Of a DNA stretch of 64,000 nucleotides, positions 17,185-26,374 are shown piece after piece; the stretch's first letter is position 1; every line of letters starts with the position of its first letter. A program made the position numbers and the translations under genes. Under the pieces are notes generated by a model that made no database searches, was not told where the DNA came from, and worked only from the letters and a program-made list of their open reading frames with translations. The DNA is taken from the NCBI GenBank assembly GCA_964637955.1, contig CAZWXQ010000002.1:71782-135781 (forward strand), written 5' to 3'. The DNA is from an uncultured Gammaproteobacteria bacterium. Its GTDB lineage: Bacteria > Patescibacteriota > Microgenomatia > Levybacterales > UBA12049.

Positions 17185-18861
17185 ATGTATAATTTGAATG
17201 TGAAGAAATTGTTCTTTTTAATTATTTTTATTTTCTCATTTTTTAGCTTCAAGGGTAACGTATTCGCTGAAAAAATTAATTCATACGATGTTGATATAGT
17301 TGCCCATAAAGATGGGAAAATGGATGTTACGGAAAACATTAATTATGACTTTGAAGATTTGGATAGGCATGGGATATTTCGAAACATTCCTCTTTATTCA
17401 AAAGTAGGAGATTTATATAGAATTATTAAAATCGAAAATGTAAAAGTCGAACGTGATGGAAAGAAAGAGAAATTTGAAAATTCTAGCACCCCTGAACAAA
17501 TATCTTTTAAAATTGGAGACGGAGATAAAACAATAACTGGTGCTCACGATTACAAGATTTCATATACTGTAGAAAATGCAATTGGGAGTAATTTCCCAGA
17601 GCATGATGAGATTTATTGGAATGCGACAGGAAATGCATGGAAAGTTCCAATTGAAAAAGCCTCGATTTCTATAAATACAGACTTTGGAGTAAAGCCAAAA
17701 AGCGTGGCATGCTACAGCAGAAATGCAAACTTAAATGCACAGTTTTGCAATTCCACTCCAGATGTTTGGAATCCAATTAAAACAACAAATACGATGTATC
17801 AGGGAGATGGTTTAACTGTCGTTTATGTTTATCCAAAAGGGACATTTCCTCCTACTACTCTTGTTCGGCAGCTTCCAAAAAAATTTGGAGAAAAATTTGG
17901 TAATTTTATTCTTAAACACATAACTTTTATCTATCTATTTATAAACATTTTTATTCCTGCACTTTTATTCCTTTGGTATCATAAAAATAAGAATAAAAAA
18001 AGATTTGGTCGTCCGACTGTCAATTTTGAAATTCCCAAAGATGATAATGGTGAAAGGATAGCCCCTGCTTTGGCTGGAACTATTGATAATGCTAAGCTTG
18101 AACGGGAAGATGTAACAGCGACTATTTTTGACTTGGCAATCAGAAAATACATAAAGCTTGAAGAAGAGGAGACGAAAAGAAAACTACTTCCAGATTCCAA
18201 AGAGCAAAAAATTATAAAACTAAAAGAAGATGATGGGAAATTAAATAATTTTGAGCTGAAATTATTTAATAGACTTTTTAAATCAGGAGATGAGGTAAAA
18301 ACATCAGATCTTCGAAAGGATTTTTATAAAACATATCAGGATATGGAAGATGAGGCTTTTCGTCAGCTTGTTGAAAAGAAATATTTTGTAAGAAATCCAA
18401 AAACCAGAAGAGGATTGCTAATTTTTGCTGGTGTAGCAACTTTATTTTTCGGAAACATTTTTCTCTCTGGAATGCTTTTCTTTTTATCTTATAAATTAAT
18501 TGGTAGAACAGCGGCTGGAGACGAGATAGATTATAAAATTGACGGTCTCAAATTATTTTTAAAATCTATGGATAGGAATTACAAATGGCAAGCAGATAAA
18601 TTTTATACAGTAGAGGCCATGATTCCTTATGCGATGAGTTTGGGTTATATAGATAAATTTATGGAGCAACTAAAGATAATAAAGCCTGATTATAATCCAA
18701 CATGGTATAGCGGATATCACGGGAGTTTTTATGCTTCATATGGAGCTTTTTATTCATCGGTAAGTTCAAATGTAACTACTTCAGCTCCATCCTCATCCTC
18801 TGGTTCTTCGGGAGGTTTTTCCGGAGGTGGCGGTGGTGGCGGTGGTGGCGGAAGCTGGTAA
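17185..18861 (+). CDS. DUF2207-like membrane protein. It has a signal peptide, an extracytoplasmic domain, TM helices and a C-terminal Ser/Gly-rich tail ending in a G10 run. The track start at 17152 is alternative.
   Basis: Signal peptide MYNLNVKKLFFLIIFIFSFFSFKGNVFA|EK, internal TM segments, and C-terminus SSSGSSGGFSGGGGGGGGGGSW. This architecture is typical of the DUF2207 family. Confidence 0.55.
   Translation: MYNLNVKKLFFLIIFIFSFFSFKGNVFAEKINSYDVDIVAHKDGKMDVTENINYDFEDLDRHGIFRNIPLYSKVGDLYRIIKIENVKVERDGKKEKFENSSTPEQISFKIGDGDKTITGAHDYKISYTVENAIGSNFPEHDEIYWNATGNAWKVPIEKASISINTDFGVKPKSVACYSRNANLNAQFCNSTPDVWNPIKTTNTMYQGDGLTVVYVYPKGTFPPTTLVRQLPKKFGEKFGNFILKHITFIYLFINIFIPALLFLWYHKNKNKKRFGRPTVNFEIPKDDNGERIAPALAGTIDNAKLEREDVTATIFDLAIRKYIKLEEEETKRKLLPDSKEQKIIKLKEDDGKLNNFELKLFNRLFKSGDEVKTSDLRKDFYKTYQDMEDEAFRQLVEKKYFVRNPKTRRGLLIFAGVATLFFGNIFLSGMLFFLSYKLIGRTAAGDEIDYKIDGLKLFLKSMDRNYKWQADKFYTVEAMIPYAMSLGYIDKFMEQLKIIKPDYNPTWYSGYHGSFYASYGAFYSSVSSNVTTSAPSSSSGSSGGFSGGGGGGGGGGSW
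18823..18852 (+). repeat. (GGT/GGC)n simple-sequence tract encoding the poly-Gly tail
   Basis: ggaggtggcggtggtggcggtggtggcgga. Confidence 0.6.
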
Positions 18862-18904
18862 GTTTTATTTTAATGCTTAGCGGAAAGCATGATATAATTC
18901 CGCA

Positions 18905-19567
18905 ATGGAATTTGAAAATACGAGCTACAGGGTTTTGGACGGTTTTAGTCTAAGTCTGGATCATAATGATATTTATGGAACTGAAAGAGTGGGGGTAATT
19001 TTAACAAATAGATCTCACGATGAAGTAAATTTTCTATTGGGAAATTGGGTGACGCATGAAATCGATGCAAGAATTGGAAAGCACGAGAATCCAGTTAGGG
19101 TTTTGGATTTGGGCGGTGGAATTAAGTCTGAGGCAGCTAAGGGATTTAAAGGTATTTATAAAGATAATATAGATATTACTAACATTGATTTAGCCTTTAT
19201 GGACGAGCCGGTAAGTGAGGTAAATAAGGTTTTGGGAAAAGTAGAAGAGATGCCTTTTTCATCAGATAGTTATGACGTTATTTATTCTTCATTTACTTTT
19301 ATGCATCTTTCCCTTCGTCAGCGACAAGCAGCATTAAAAGAAATAAGTAGAGTGTTGGCCGTTGGTGGAGTAGCTATAATAGATCATGAAGCTACTTATG
19401 ATGGCAAAGACAAGTCCGATCTAGGGCTTGAGGATCTTGCGCTTTTAGACGAGATAGGGATGGATGCATATATCACCCCTATACGCGTTGGGCCTGATTC
19501 TAGGTTAAATAAATATAAGTTGTTATTTATAGAAAAATCGGTTTCATTAGCATTGACAGGAGAATAA
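18905..19567 (+). CDS. class I SAM-dependent methyltransferase (Methyltransf_11-like)
   Basis: Motif I VLDLGGGI, motif II YDVIYSSFTFMHL and motif III LAVGGVAII. Confidence 0.65.
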   Translation: MEFENTSYRVLDGFSLSLDHNDIYGTERVGVILTNRSHDEVNFLLGNWVTHEIDARIGKHENPVRVLDLGGGIKSEAAKGFKGIYKDNIDITNIDLAFMDEPVSEVNKVLGKVEEMPFSSDSYDVIYSSFTFMHLSLRQRQAALKEISRVLAVGGVAIIDHEATYDGKDKSDLGLEDLALLDEIGMDAYITPIRVGPDSRLNKYKLLFIEKSVSLALTGE

Positions 19568-19587
19568 AAGTGGAGTAGATTAAAGTT

Positions 19588-19980
19588 ATGTTTAAAGCAA
19601 GCGGCGCATATACAGGCTTTTCAGTAAAAGATTTAGATGAGGCAAAGAAGTTCTATTCTGAGATTCTAGGTCTAGGAGTAGAAGACGGAGAAATGGGGAT
19701 TACTGTTAAATTGCCAGGTGGCGCAGGAATTTTCGTCTATCCTAAGGAAAATCACGAGCCAGCCACATATACAGTTTTGAATTTTATCGTGGAAGATATA
19801 GATGAGTCTTTAGATGCTCTTGTGGAAAAGGGAGTTAAATTTGAGCAATATAATATGCCTGATTTTGAGCAAGACGAAAAGGGAATTGCCCGCGGACTCG
19901 CAGCAAATATTGGCCCAGACATTGCCTGGTTTAAGGATCCTTCAGGAAATATCTTCTCCATCCTTCAGGAAGAATATTAA
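19588..19980 (+). CDS. VOC/glyoxalase-bleomycin resistance family protein
   Basis: FSVKDLDEAKKFYSEILGL beta-alpha-beta-beta-beta module. Size 130 aa is typical. Confidence 0.65.
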   Translation: MFKASGAYTGFSVKDLDEAKKFYSEILGLGVEDGEMGITVKLPGGAGIFVYPKENHEPATYTVLNFIVEDIDESLDALVEKGVKFEQYNMPDFEQDEKGIARGLAANIGPDIAWFKDPSGNIFSILQEEY

Positions 19981-20057
19981 TAGCCTTGATTCGAACTAAA
20001 AGGGAAGTAATTGGCCATGGCTTTTTCTGAAAAATATAAAATTAAAATTAAAAATGT

Positions 20058-20777
20058 TTATCTTTCTCCTCCAGGACGGTGGGTAGATTCGCCAGACAAG
20101 CGGGGGATGCCCAGAGGAGCGCGGGCTTCAAGAGCTTCCAGAACAGCTTGATTTACCTCAGCTTTAGGGCCATTTCCATCAATTCTTATTACATTTTCTC
20201 CAAAGCTTGCGATAATTGGAGCTGTTTGTTCATCATAAGTCCTAAGTCTTTTAGGTAATGTCTCTAGATTATCATCGGATCTAGGTTCAAGATTATTGGC
20301 TAGTCTTTCTGCAGTTCTTTTAATCATTCTTTCTTCAATTCTTTCAGGATCTACATCCAGAAAGACATAATCCATTTGAAGTGCTTCGCCAGGAAATCTC
20401 ATATCAAAATATTTAAGCATTTCTTCAGCCTGATCAAAATTTCTTGGAAACCCGGTCGAAATTATAGTAGTTGCACCTTTTTCCAGAGCTTGTTCTACCA
20501 TGAAAGGAAATACACTTTGCATAGGATTATTGAGGTTTATAACAGCTTCGGAGGGAAAGAGTTTGCCTTGATCAAGAAGTGATTGATAAGACTCTAAAAC
20601 TTCATGTAATGGATGATAAGGAGATTGCGCAGATCTTATTCCGTCTCCTGTTGAAATAACAGCAGAGTCGGGGATCAGTTTCTGAAGGAATTCGCCGGCG
20701 GTGTCTTTTCCTGCGCATGGCATTCCTGAAATAGTAATTATTCTATGTTTGGGTTGTGGTGTTGCTATATCTGACAT
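20058..20777 (-). CDS. adenylate kinase-like nucleoside monophosphate kinase with a ~40-aa C-terminal extension
   Basis: P-loop ISGMPCAGKDT, LDQGKLFPSEAV (Adk LVPDE-like) and GFPRNFDQAEEM (Adk DGFPRT..QA motif). GC is moderately above the local background. Confidence 0.6.
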   Translation of the reverse strand: MSDIATPQPKHRIITISGMPCAGKDTAGEFLQKLIPDSAVISTGDGIRSAQSPYHPLHEVLESYQSLLDQGKLFPSEAVINLNNPMQSVFPFMVEQALEKGATTIISTGFPRNFDQAEEMLKYFDMRFPGEALQMDYVFLDVDPERIEERMIKRTAERLANNLEPRSDDNLETLPKRLRTYDEQTAPIIASFGENVIRIDGNGPKAEVNQAVLEALEARAPLGIPRLSGESTHRPGGER

Positions 20778-20842
20778 ACAAAAAGCAGATTAGAGAAGAT
20801 TATATACCAAATATTTAAAAAAGCAATTCACCGTATTAAAAG

Positions 20843-20870
20843 TTGATTTTTTTTACTCATTAGGTATAAT
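20843..20870 (+). promoter_or_regulatory. sigma70-like promoter for the GT operon (TTGATT, 16-nt spacer, TATAAT)
   Basis: ttgatt ttttttactcattagg tataat. The -10 ends 14 nt before the ATG at 20885. Confidence 0.45.
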
Positions 20871-20884
20871 AGCAGCGCATCATA

Positions 20885-22072
20885 ATGAGAAAAAAGAAAA
20901 TTCTCATATATACTGTCCCTTTTGGTGGACACCTTTTTATCCTCAGAGATTTCGCAAAAAAATATAAAAATAAATTTGAAATAAAAGTAGTAATTACAGG
21001 TTGGGAAAATATTTCTCCAGATTTAAAAGGAATTGAAAAAGAATCAATTGTTTTGTTTGGATCCAAGCTTATGGTAACTGATCCTGGTATTTGGACTTTT
21101 CCTAGGGTAAATGAGCTTTTAGAGGAGTGTTTGAAAATTGCAAAAGACTTTTCGCCGAATATTATTTTATATGACTTTTTGTCCCTGGAAGGATATTTCG
21201 TTGGCCAGATTCTAGATATTCCGACATTTTCTTCAATTCCAGCAATGATAGGTCCAAACTCCAGAAAGAACTATTTGGATAAAAAATTAAGCTACCCAGA
21301 AAATAAAAAATCAATTAAAGATATTGAAAATAAATTTGGAATTTCCATAGATTTATCAAAGATTGAAATGATTTCTGATGGACTGCATATTCCAGGAAAA
21401 AATAATTTAGTTTGGTCATATGAATTCGTTTTGCCTTCAGACTGGAAAAAGAATAGATCAAAAGATAATTATTACTTCATAGGAAATATAAGAGCAAAGA
21501 AGCATGCGAAGGTGAAAAATAAAATTCCAGTAATTTATTTTTCTTTAGGAACTGTAGTGATGGGAAATCTATGGAATCAACAAGAGAATACTCGTGAAGC
21601 TTTAAGAAAATTTATTTATGAAATCTCTGAAAAATGGAAAAATGAAAAAGTAAAAGTAATATTTGTAAGTCAGGGAAAAGAAATATTAAGTAACTATCCT
21701 GATAATTGGAAAGTCTTTAATTTTCTAGATCAAATAAAAACTCTTCAAGAAGCGGACATATTTATAACTCATGCAGGAGGGAATAGTTTTAATGAGGCTC
21801 TTATTCAAAAAGTGCCTATGATATGTATTCCTTTTTTTGGAGATCAGCTTTTAATAGCGAGGCAAGTCGAGAAGCTAGGAATAGGAGTAAATCTTGTGAA
21901 AGACTCTAGGATTGATACAGATAAATCAAAAGACTTTTTAAATGAAGATTTGGTAATAAAGCTTGATAAAGCAGTTTGGAAAATACTGACCTCAAATAAA
22001 TATCAAAAAAACTTTGATAAAATTTCTACTGATCATGAAAATATTGAATGGGTTTTGAATAATCATATTTAA
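20885..22072 (+). CDS. GT1-family UDP-glycosyltransferase (MGT/OleD-like)
   Basis: C-terminal UDPGT signature HAGGNSFNEALIQKVPMICIPFFGDQLLIARQVEKLGIGV. Confidence 0.8.
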   Translation: MRKKKILIYTVPFGGHLFILRDFAKKYKNKFEIKVVITGWENISPDLKGIEKESIVLFGSKLMVTDPGIWTFPRVNELLEECLKIAKDFSPNIILYDFLSLEGYFVGQILDIPTFSSIPAMIGPNSRKNYLDKKLSYPENKKSIKDIENKFGISIDLSKIEMISDGLHIPGKNNLVWSYEFVLPSDWKKNRSKDNYYFIGNIRAKKHAKVKNKIPVIYFSLGTVVMGNLWNQQENTREALRKFIYEISEKWKNEKVKVIFVSQGKEILSNYPDNWKVFNFLDQIKTLQEADIFITHAGGNSFNEALIQKVPMICIPFFGDQLLIARQVEKLGIGVNLVKDSRIDTDKSKDFLNEDLVIKLDKAVWKILTSNKYQKNFDKISTDHENIEWVLNNHI

Positions 22073-22080
22073 TTATTGGT

Positions 22081-23022
22081 ATGAATAGAGAAATAATAAG
22101 CGGAAATAGGGACGAAAAGAGAGAGGTGTTATCAAATATTCATAGTTTTGGTATTGCTGGGGTATTTGATGCAAAACTTTTAAGTGATAAGCCGATTATG
22201 TTTGATGAAAAAGCAAATCTTTTAGGGCAAGCATATTTGCCTGGTTTTTCATATCAAGGTTCTCTTTCGCAAAATGAAGAAGTTTTTAGAATAATTCACA
22301 AAGAATCTAATGATGGATTTTTTCATCAAAGTGATGGTCAGGTTGAAATTCATGAAAATTGGGAAGGAAATTTGCCTTTGGATTTTTATCACCTTCTTTA
22401 TGGTATGAGTAGAAAGGAATTAGTTAATAAAGAATTGTATCCAGTTCATTCAATTTCGATTGGGAATGATGGAGAGCATTTACTTGTAGTTGGTCACTCT
22501 GGATTTGGGAAGACATCAGTGCTATTAAAGATGGTTGGGGAGCATGGAGCAAAAGTATTTTCTACAAATAAAACAGTTGTTTCATTCCAAGACGATGGAC
22601 TTAATGCAGTTTCTGGAACTAAAGCAGTTACGGCAAGAGATATAGTTTTCCAAAGATATTTACCAAATTTTGATGCTGCAAGATATCAAGACAGAGCGGC
22701 TGTTATTTTAACCGATGAAATGTATGAGGACAGTGAAGCTGTATCAATAAAAGGTGTTGTTATAGCTCGGGAAGATAGTGCTGTTTCTGAATTTGATCAG
22801 ATTTCAGGTGCCAGCGCAATGCACAAGCTTTATCCATTTTTTATGGATCAAATGAATGCAGATACCATTCTTTTAGATGGTAGTGCAGTTTTAGATGGAT
22901 CCTTGCCGCCTCAGGCAGGTAGAGATTTAGCTCAAAAATTGTCAAATGTCACAAAAAATATTCCAACATTTGCTATAACTGGATCCGTAGATTTTATAGC
23001 ACAAGCATTATCAAGACTATGA
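22081..23022 (+). CDS. P-loop protein with an HPr-kinase/phosphorylase C-terminal-like domain
   Basis: PVHSISIGNDGEHLLVVGHSGFGKTSVLLKMVGEHGAKVFSTNKTVV resembles the HprK Walker-A region G-x-S-G-x-GKS followed by the ...G..L.sDD segment. It sits between two glycosyltransferase genes and overlaps the downstream start (ATGA). Confidence 0.45.
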   Translation: MNREIISGNRDEKREVLSNIHSFGIAGVFDAKLLSDKPIMFDEKANLLGQAYLPGFSYQGSLSQNEEVFRIIHKESNDGFFHQSDGQVEIHENWEGNLPLDFYHLLYGMSRKELVNKELYPVHSISIGNDGEHLLVVGHSGFGKTSVLLKMVGEHGAKVFSTNKTVVSFQDDGLNAVSGTKAVTARDIVFQRYLPNFDAARYQDRAAVILTDEMYEDSEAVSIKGVVIAREDSAVSEFDQISGASAMHKLYPFFMDQMNADTILLDGSAVLDGSLPPQAGRDLAQKLSNVTKNIPTFAITGSVDFIAQALSRL

Positions 23023-24143
23023 AAACACAAAAAATATTATTTGGCGTAACAGGAATCGGACTAGGACACTCGTGTAGACAAATGCCGCTAATTGATTATT
23101 TTTCAAAAAATTCAACTGTTGTTATTTTTGCGTATGAAAGTAGCTTTGATTTCCTAGCTTTAAGATTTGGAAAAAATAAAAATATTAAAATAAAAAAAGT
23201 GGCAGTGCCTTTTTATGTAGGGAATAAAGATGGATTGGATTTTAAAGCAACAATGATTCATCCAGCAAACAAAAATATAAATTTTCTAGATATTAATTCA
23301 AGAACTATTTCTGAAACAGTTAATTTGATTGGATCCCCAGATTTAGTAATATCTGATTATGAACCAATAAGCGCACAGTATGCGTATATGAAAAATTCTC
23401 CTTTTGTAACCATTGATCAGCAAAGTAAATATTTTGTAGCAAATTTTCCTAAATCTTTAAACGTATTTACTTACAAAGATGAAATTGAAAGATTAAGTAT
23501 GTTTTTCCCAAAAGCGGATCTTAGAATTGCATGTTCATTTTTTAATATTAAGAAGAAGAAATCAAGATTTGACGTTCAAATAGTTCCGCCAGTTATGCGT
23601 GAATCGATTATTAATATGAAAAAAATAAAAGAGAAAGATCGAAAAAATATTCTTGTTTATATCTCTTCTGCCAGGGATTTTCCATTATCAACCCATAAAA
23701 TATTAACGACTTTAGGTGCCATTTTTGATATTAATTTTTATATTTTTCTTTCAAGATCTGATAGAAAAATAAAGTATAAAAGTTGTCCTGAAAATATTTC
23801 CCTTATTAATTTTGGAGAAGAGGGTTTTGAAGAAGTTCTCAAAAAAGCGAATGGAATAATCACTAGCGCAGGACACTCGCTTTTATCAGAAGCGATGTTT
23901 CTTGGAATTCCAGTTTATGTAATCCCTGTTTCTCCGTATGAACAGCATATGAATGCTAAAGTTATAGATGAAAATGAATTTGGAGTTAGTGAAAAAACAA
24001 TTTCAGAAAGCAAAGTTAATTATTTTATAAATAATCTAGATAAGTTTGAAGAAAATATTCTTAAAGATAAAAAACAATTGTTAAAGGGAATAGGTCAAGA
24101 TAAAATTTTAGCTCTTTTGAGGGAAAATTTCGGAATAAAATAA
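23019..24143 (+). CDS. MurG-like/GT28-type glycosyltransferase
   Basis: N-terminal FGVTGIGLGHSCRQ (GGTGGH-like). C-terminal SAGHSLLSEAMFLGIPVYVIPVSPYEQHMNA (Glyco_tran_28_C-like). Confidence 0.65.
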   Translation: MKTQKILFGVTGIGLGHSCRQMPLIDYFSKNSTVVIFAYESSFDFLALRFGKNKNIKIKKVAVPFYVGNKDGLDFKATMIHPANKNINFLDINSRTISETVNLIGSPDLVISDYEPISAQYAYMKNSPFVTIDQQSKYFVANFPKSLNVFTYKDEIERLSMFFPKADLRIACSFFNIKKKKSRFDVQIVPPVMRESIINMKKIKEKDRKNILVYISSARDFPLSTHKILTTLGAIFDINFYIFLSRSDRKIKYKSCPENISLINFGEEGFEEVLKKANGIITSAGHSLLSEAMFLGIPVYVIPVSPYEQHMNAKVIDENEFGVSEKTISESKVNYFINNLDKFEENILKDKKQLLKGIGQDKILALLRENFGIK

Positions 24144-24279
24144 TTACATTTATTTGTTAGTTAGGTATTTTTAGCGGTGATTATTTATGTTGGTCTGAAA
24201 TTCCTGCCGCGTCTGCTGGAGCAAGGGAAAATGGTTTCCTTCAGTGATTTAGGATTTGATTTTAAAAAATGCCATTAAT

Positions 24280-24525
24280 TTAAATTAAAATTTCGAAAAC
24301 TTTAATTTTTGATTTTTGGCCATTCAAAAGAATTATATTTGATCTCGATGTTTTAAAATATTTAGCTAACGAATTTATGATAGCTGCATTTGCACGACCA
24401 TCTATAGGTGGCTCATTTACATAGATATGTAAGGTGTCTAATAGATCTTTTTCAATTCTTATTTTCTTTGCATTAGGATGGGCAATTACATTAATCTTCA
24501 TAATGTGATTGTAGTAGTATAGCAA
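24280..24525 (-). CDS. DUF167/YggU (UPF0235) family protein
   Basis: INVIAHPNAKK..., VNEPPIDGRANAAIINSLAKYF and ILLNGQKSKIKVFEI match the family pattern. Confidence 0.7.
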   Translation of the reverse strand: MLYYYNHIMKINVIAHPNAKKIRIEKDLLDTLHIYVNEPPIDGRANAAIINSLAKYFKTSRSNIILLNGQKSKIKVFEILI

Positions 24526-24553
24526 TTTAAATAAACTTTGTTATAATTGCCGA

Positions 24554-26236
24554 ATGGCTTTACCAGAAATAACTACTGATAATCGTAGGCATAATGTAGA
24601 TAAAATTGCGGCTGGAAATTTTGGCGAACTTCATTCAGCTCCACAACATTGGAATGAATTTCTCGACATTGGAGTGATGCCAGCAAGAGAAAGTTATGAT
24701 CAAATTAAAAAACTCCCAACTTCTGAGTTTTTAACACACATAAATGATATTGCATTTCGTACAGTTGCTTCTCCTGATTATCGAGATCCAGAAACGGGTT
24801 ACATTTCAAGAGATGCATGGAAAAGACTTATTGATGGGGGAATTTTAGCATCAGGATTTGAAGATAGAGATCCCTCTAATAGGCTAGAAGAGATGATGCA
24901 GACTGCAAAAATTCTTTCTTATTATGACATTAATTTAGGATTATCTGCAGGAATTACAGTTGCACTTGCAATCCTTCCAATTAAAAGATTTGGTTCAGTT
25001 GAGCAAAAAGAAAAGTATTTAAATCAGATTAGAGACGGAAAAATGATTGGTCTTGGAATTACAGAGCTTTATAGATCAGGTTCATCAGCTTTGGATATGG
25101 ATTCAAAATACACTATAAATGGAAAAGTGCAGCAGGTTAAGTCTTCAGATGAATTGCAGGACGGAGAAGTAATACTTCTTGAAGAGGGCAAGGAATTAGT
25201 TGAAGTTGAAGGGCAAACTGTAGATTTAAAATTTTCTAAACATCTCCAGGGTTTGTCAGGTCAGGATGGTCTTATAATAGCTGCTGTTCATGATGGCCCA
25301 AGCAAGAAGATAGGGCTATTTATTGTTGATCAGGAAAATATTGACACACAGTTAACCCAAATGGTGGGACTTCATGGAATTCCATATGGCATAAATACTG
25401 GAGATGTGACTTTAAGTGTTAAAGATCATCTAATGCAAGAGCTTCCTAGAAAAAGAATAGTTGATGAATTTGCTGATATGTTTACGAAAAGCCGAATTTT
25501 ATTTCCCAGTATGGTACTTGGCCATTTACTAAGGACAGAAGCTGAGGTTGAAAGTTTTGCTAGCGAGAGGATGATAGGTGAAAATCTTCAAAAAGATATG
25601 GAGGTCCCAAGAGATCAATTGGATTTAATAAGGTCCCGAAGAATAGTATCTGAAGCCATTTTTGATAGACTTGTGAATTTCCGAACAGAAGAGGGGGAAT
25701 CATTATTAACAGCTGATACAACTAAATATATGATGGAAGCAGGTATAGTTAAGGTACTTACTACTGAATATGCAGTCGCCTCTGCAGCTGATAGAGCTGA
25801 GTTAATGGGAGCAGCAGCTTTTTATAAAGGAAGTGGTCTTCAAGATTATAATAATATTTGGCCATTTCAGATTTTTGAGGGTTCGAGGAAGATGCTCAAT
25901 ACTGATATAGGAAGAGACTTTGCAAAAGGCATAAGATTTAGAGATGTAAGAGGAGATTTTTTTGGACAACTAAGTAGTGGAGTAAATATGGAAGAGGGGA
26001 TATTTGAAAGCGTATTGGAGATGAGAAAACGCACTGGCAAATCTGCTCGACATCAACAAGTTCTAGGTCAAATTGCTCAAAGAGCCTTTGCGCTTGAGTG
26101 TCTTGATCCAGAAAAAATAAGTTCTGAGGATTTTCAAAGAGCAAGTAAAATGCTTAATCTTGAAATTCGACATCTTACTCTAGATTTTGATTCGCTTCCT
26201 TTTTCTAATGCTCACGAAAAAGAGCAAGTTTTATAA
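24554..26236 (+). CDS. divergent acyl-CoA dehydrogenase-family protein (560 aa, longer than canonical ACADs)
   Basis: Middle-domain-like MIGLGITELYRSGSSALDMDSKYTINGKV and C-terminal FQIFEGSRKMLNTDIGRDF (cf. RIYEGTxEIQ). The weak match makes this a family-level call only. A TATAAT box lies at 24541-24546, 7 nt before the ATG. Confidence 0.45.
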   Translation: MALPEITTDNRRHNVDKIAAGNFGELHSAPQHWNEFLDIGVMPARESYDQIKKLPTSEFLTHINDIAFRTVASPDYRDPETGYISRDAWKRLIDGGILASGFEDRDPSNRLEEMMQTAKILSYYDINLGLSAGITVALAILPIKRFGSVEQKEKYLNQIRDGKMIGLGITELYRSGSSALDMDSKYTINGKVQQVKSSDELQDGEVILLEEGKELVEVEGQTVDLKFSKHLQGLSGQDGLIIAAVHDGPSKKIGLFIVDQENIDTQLTQMVGLHGIPYGINTGDVTLSVKDHLMQELPRKRIVDEFADMFTKSRILFPSMVLGHLLRTEAEVESFASERMIGENLQKDMEVPRDQLDLIRSRRIVSEAIFDRLVNFRTEEGESLLTADTTKYMMEAGIVKVLTTEYAVASAADRAELMGAAAFYKGSGLQDYNNIWPFQIFEGSRKMLNTDIGRDFAKGIRFRDVRGDFFGQLSSGVNMEEGIFESVLEMRKRTGKSARHQQVLGQIAQRAFALECLDPEKISSEDFQRASKMLNLEIRHLTLDFDSLPFSNAHEKEQVL

Positions 26237-26254
26237 AAGCAAAAATATTAGTTG

Positions 26255-26283
26255 TTGCAAACGTTGTCATGGCAGTCTATATT
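26255..26283 (+). promoter_or_regulatory. candidate sigma70 promoter of the pur operon (TTGCAA, 17-nt spacer, TATATT)
   Basis: ttgcaa acgttgtcatggcagtc tatatt. It lies ~90 nt upstream of the purL ATG. Confidence 0.4.
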
Positions 26284-26374
26284 TAGTTTATTAAATGGCA
26301 TCAGTCATTAGATTTCAATATAAAAACTTTCCATTAAGAAAAATTAAATCCTCTTATTTAGAGAAAGAAAATTC

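Noticed and set aside
17152-17339. 188-nt head-to-head overlap between the EEP gene (track start 17339) and the DUF2207-like gene (track start 17152)
   Set aside because: Such an overlap of divergent 5' ends is implausible. The conserved EEP domain begins at the internal Met (17162), and the signal peptide of the plus gene begins at the Met at 17185.
20058-20777. Adenylate-kinase-like gene as a horizontally acquired island on the basis of GC
   Set aside because: GC is only modestly above background (~40%), mostly from the C-terminal tail. That is insufficient evidence without a proper compositional test.
26284-26374. Possible purine riboswitch in the ~90-nt purL leader
   Set aside because: I could not find the conserved purine-aptamer core (the three-way junction with UAUA...U...CCGUAAAU-like segments). 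The leader is AT-rich without convincing paired elements.
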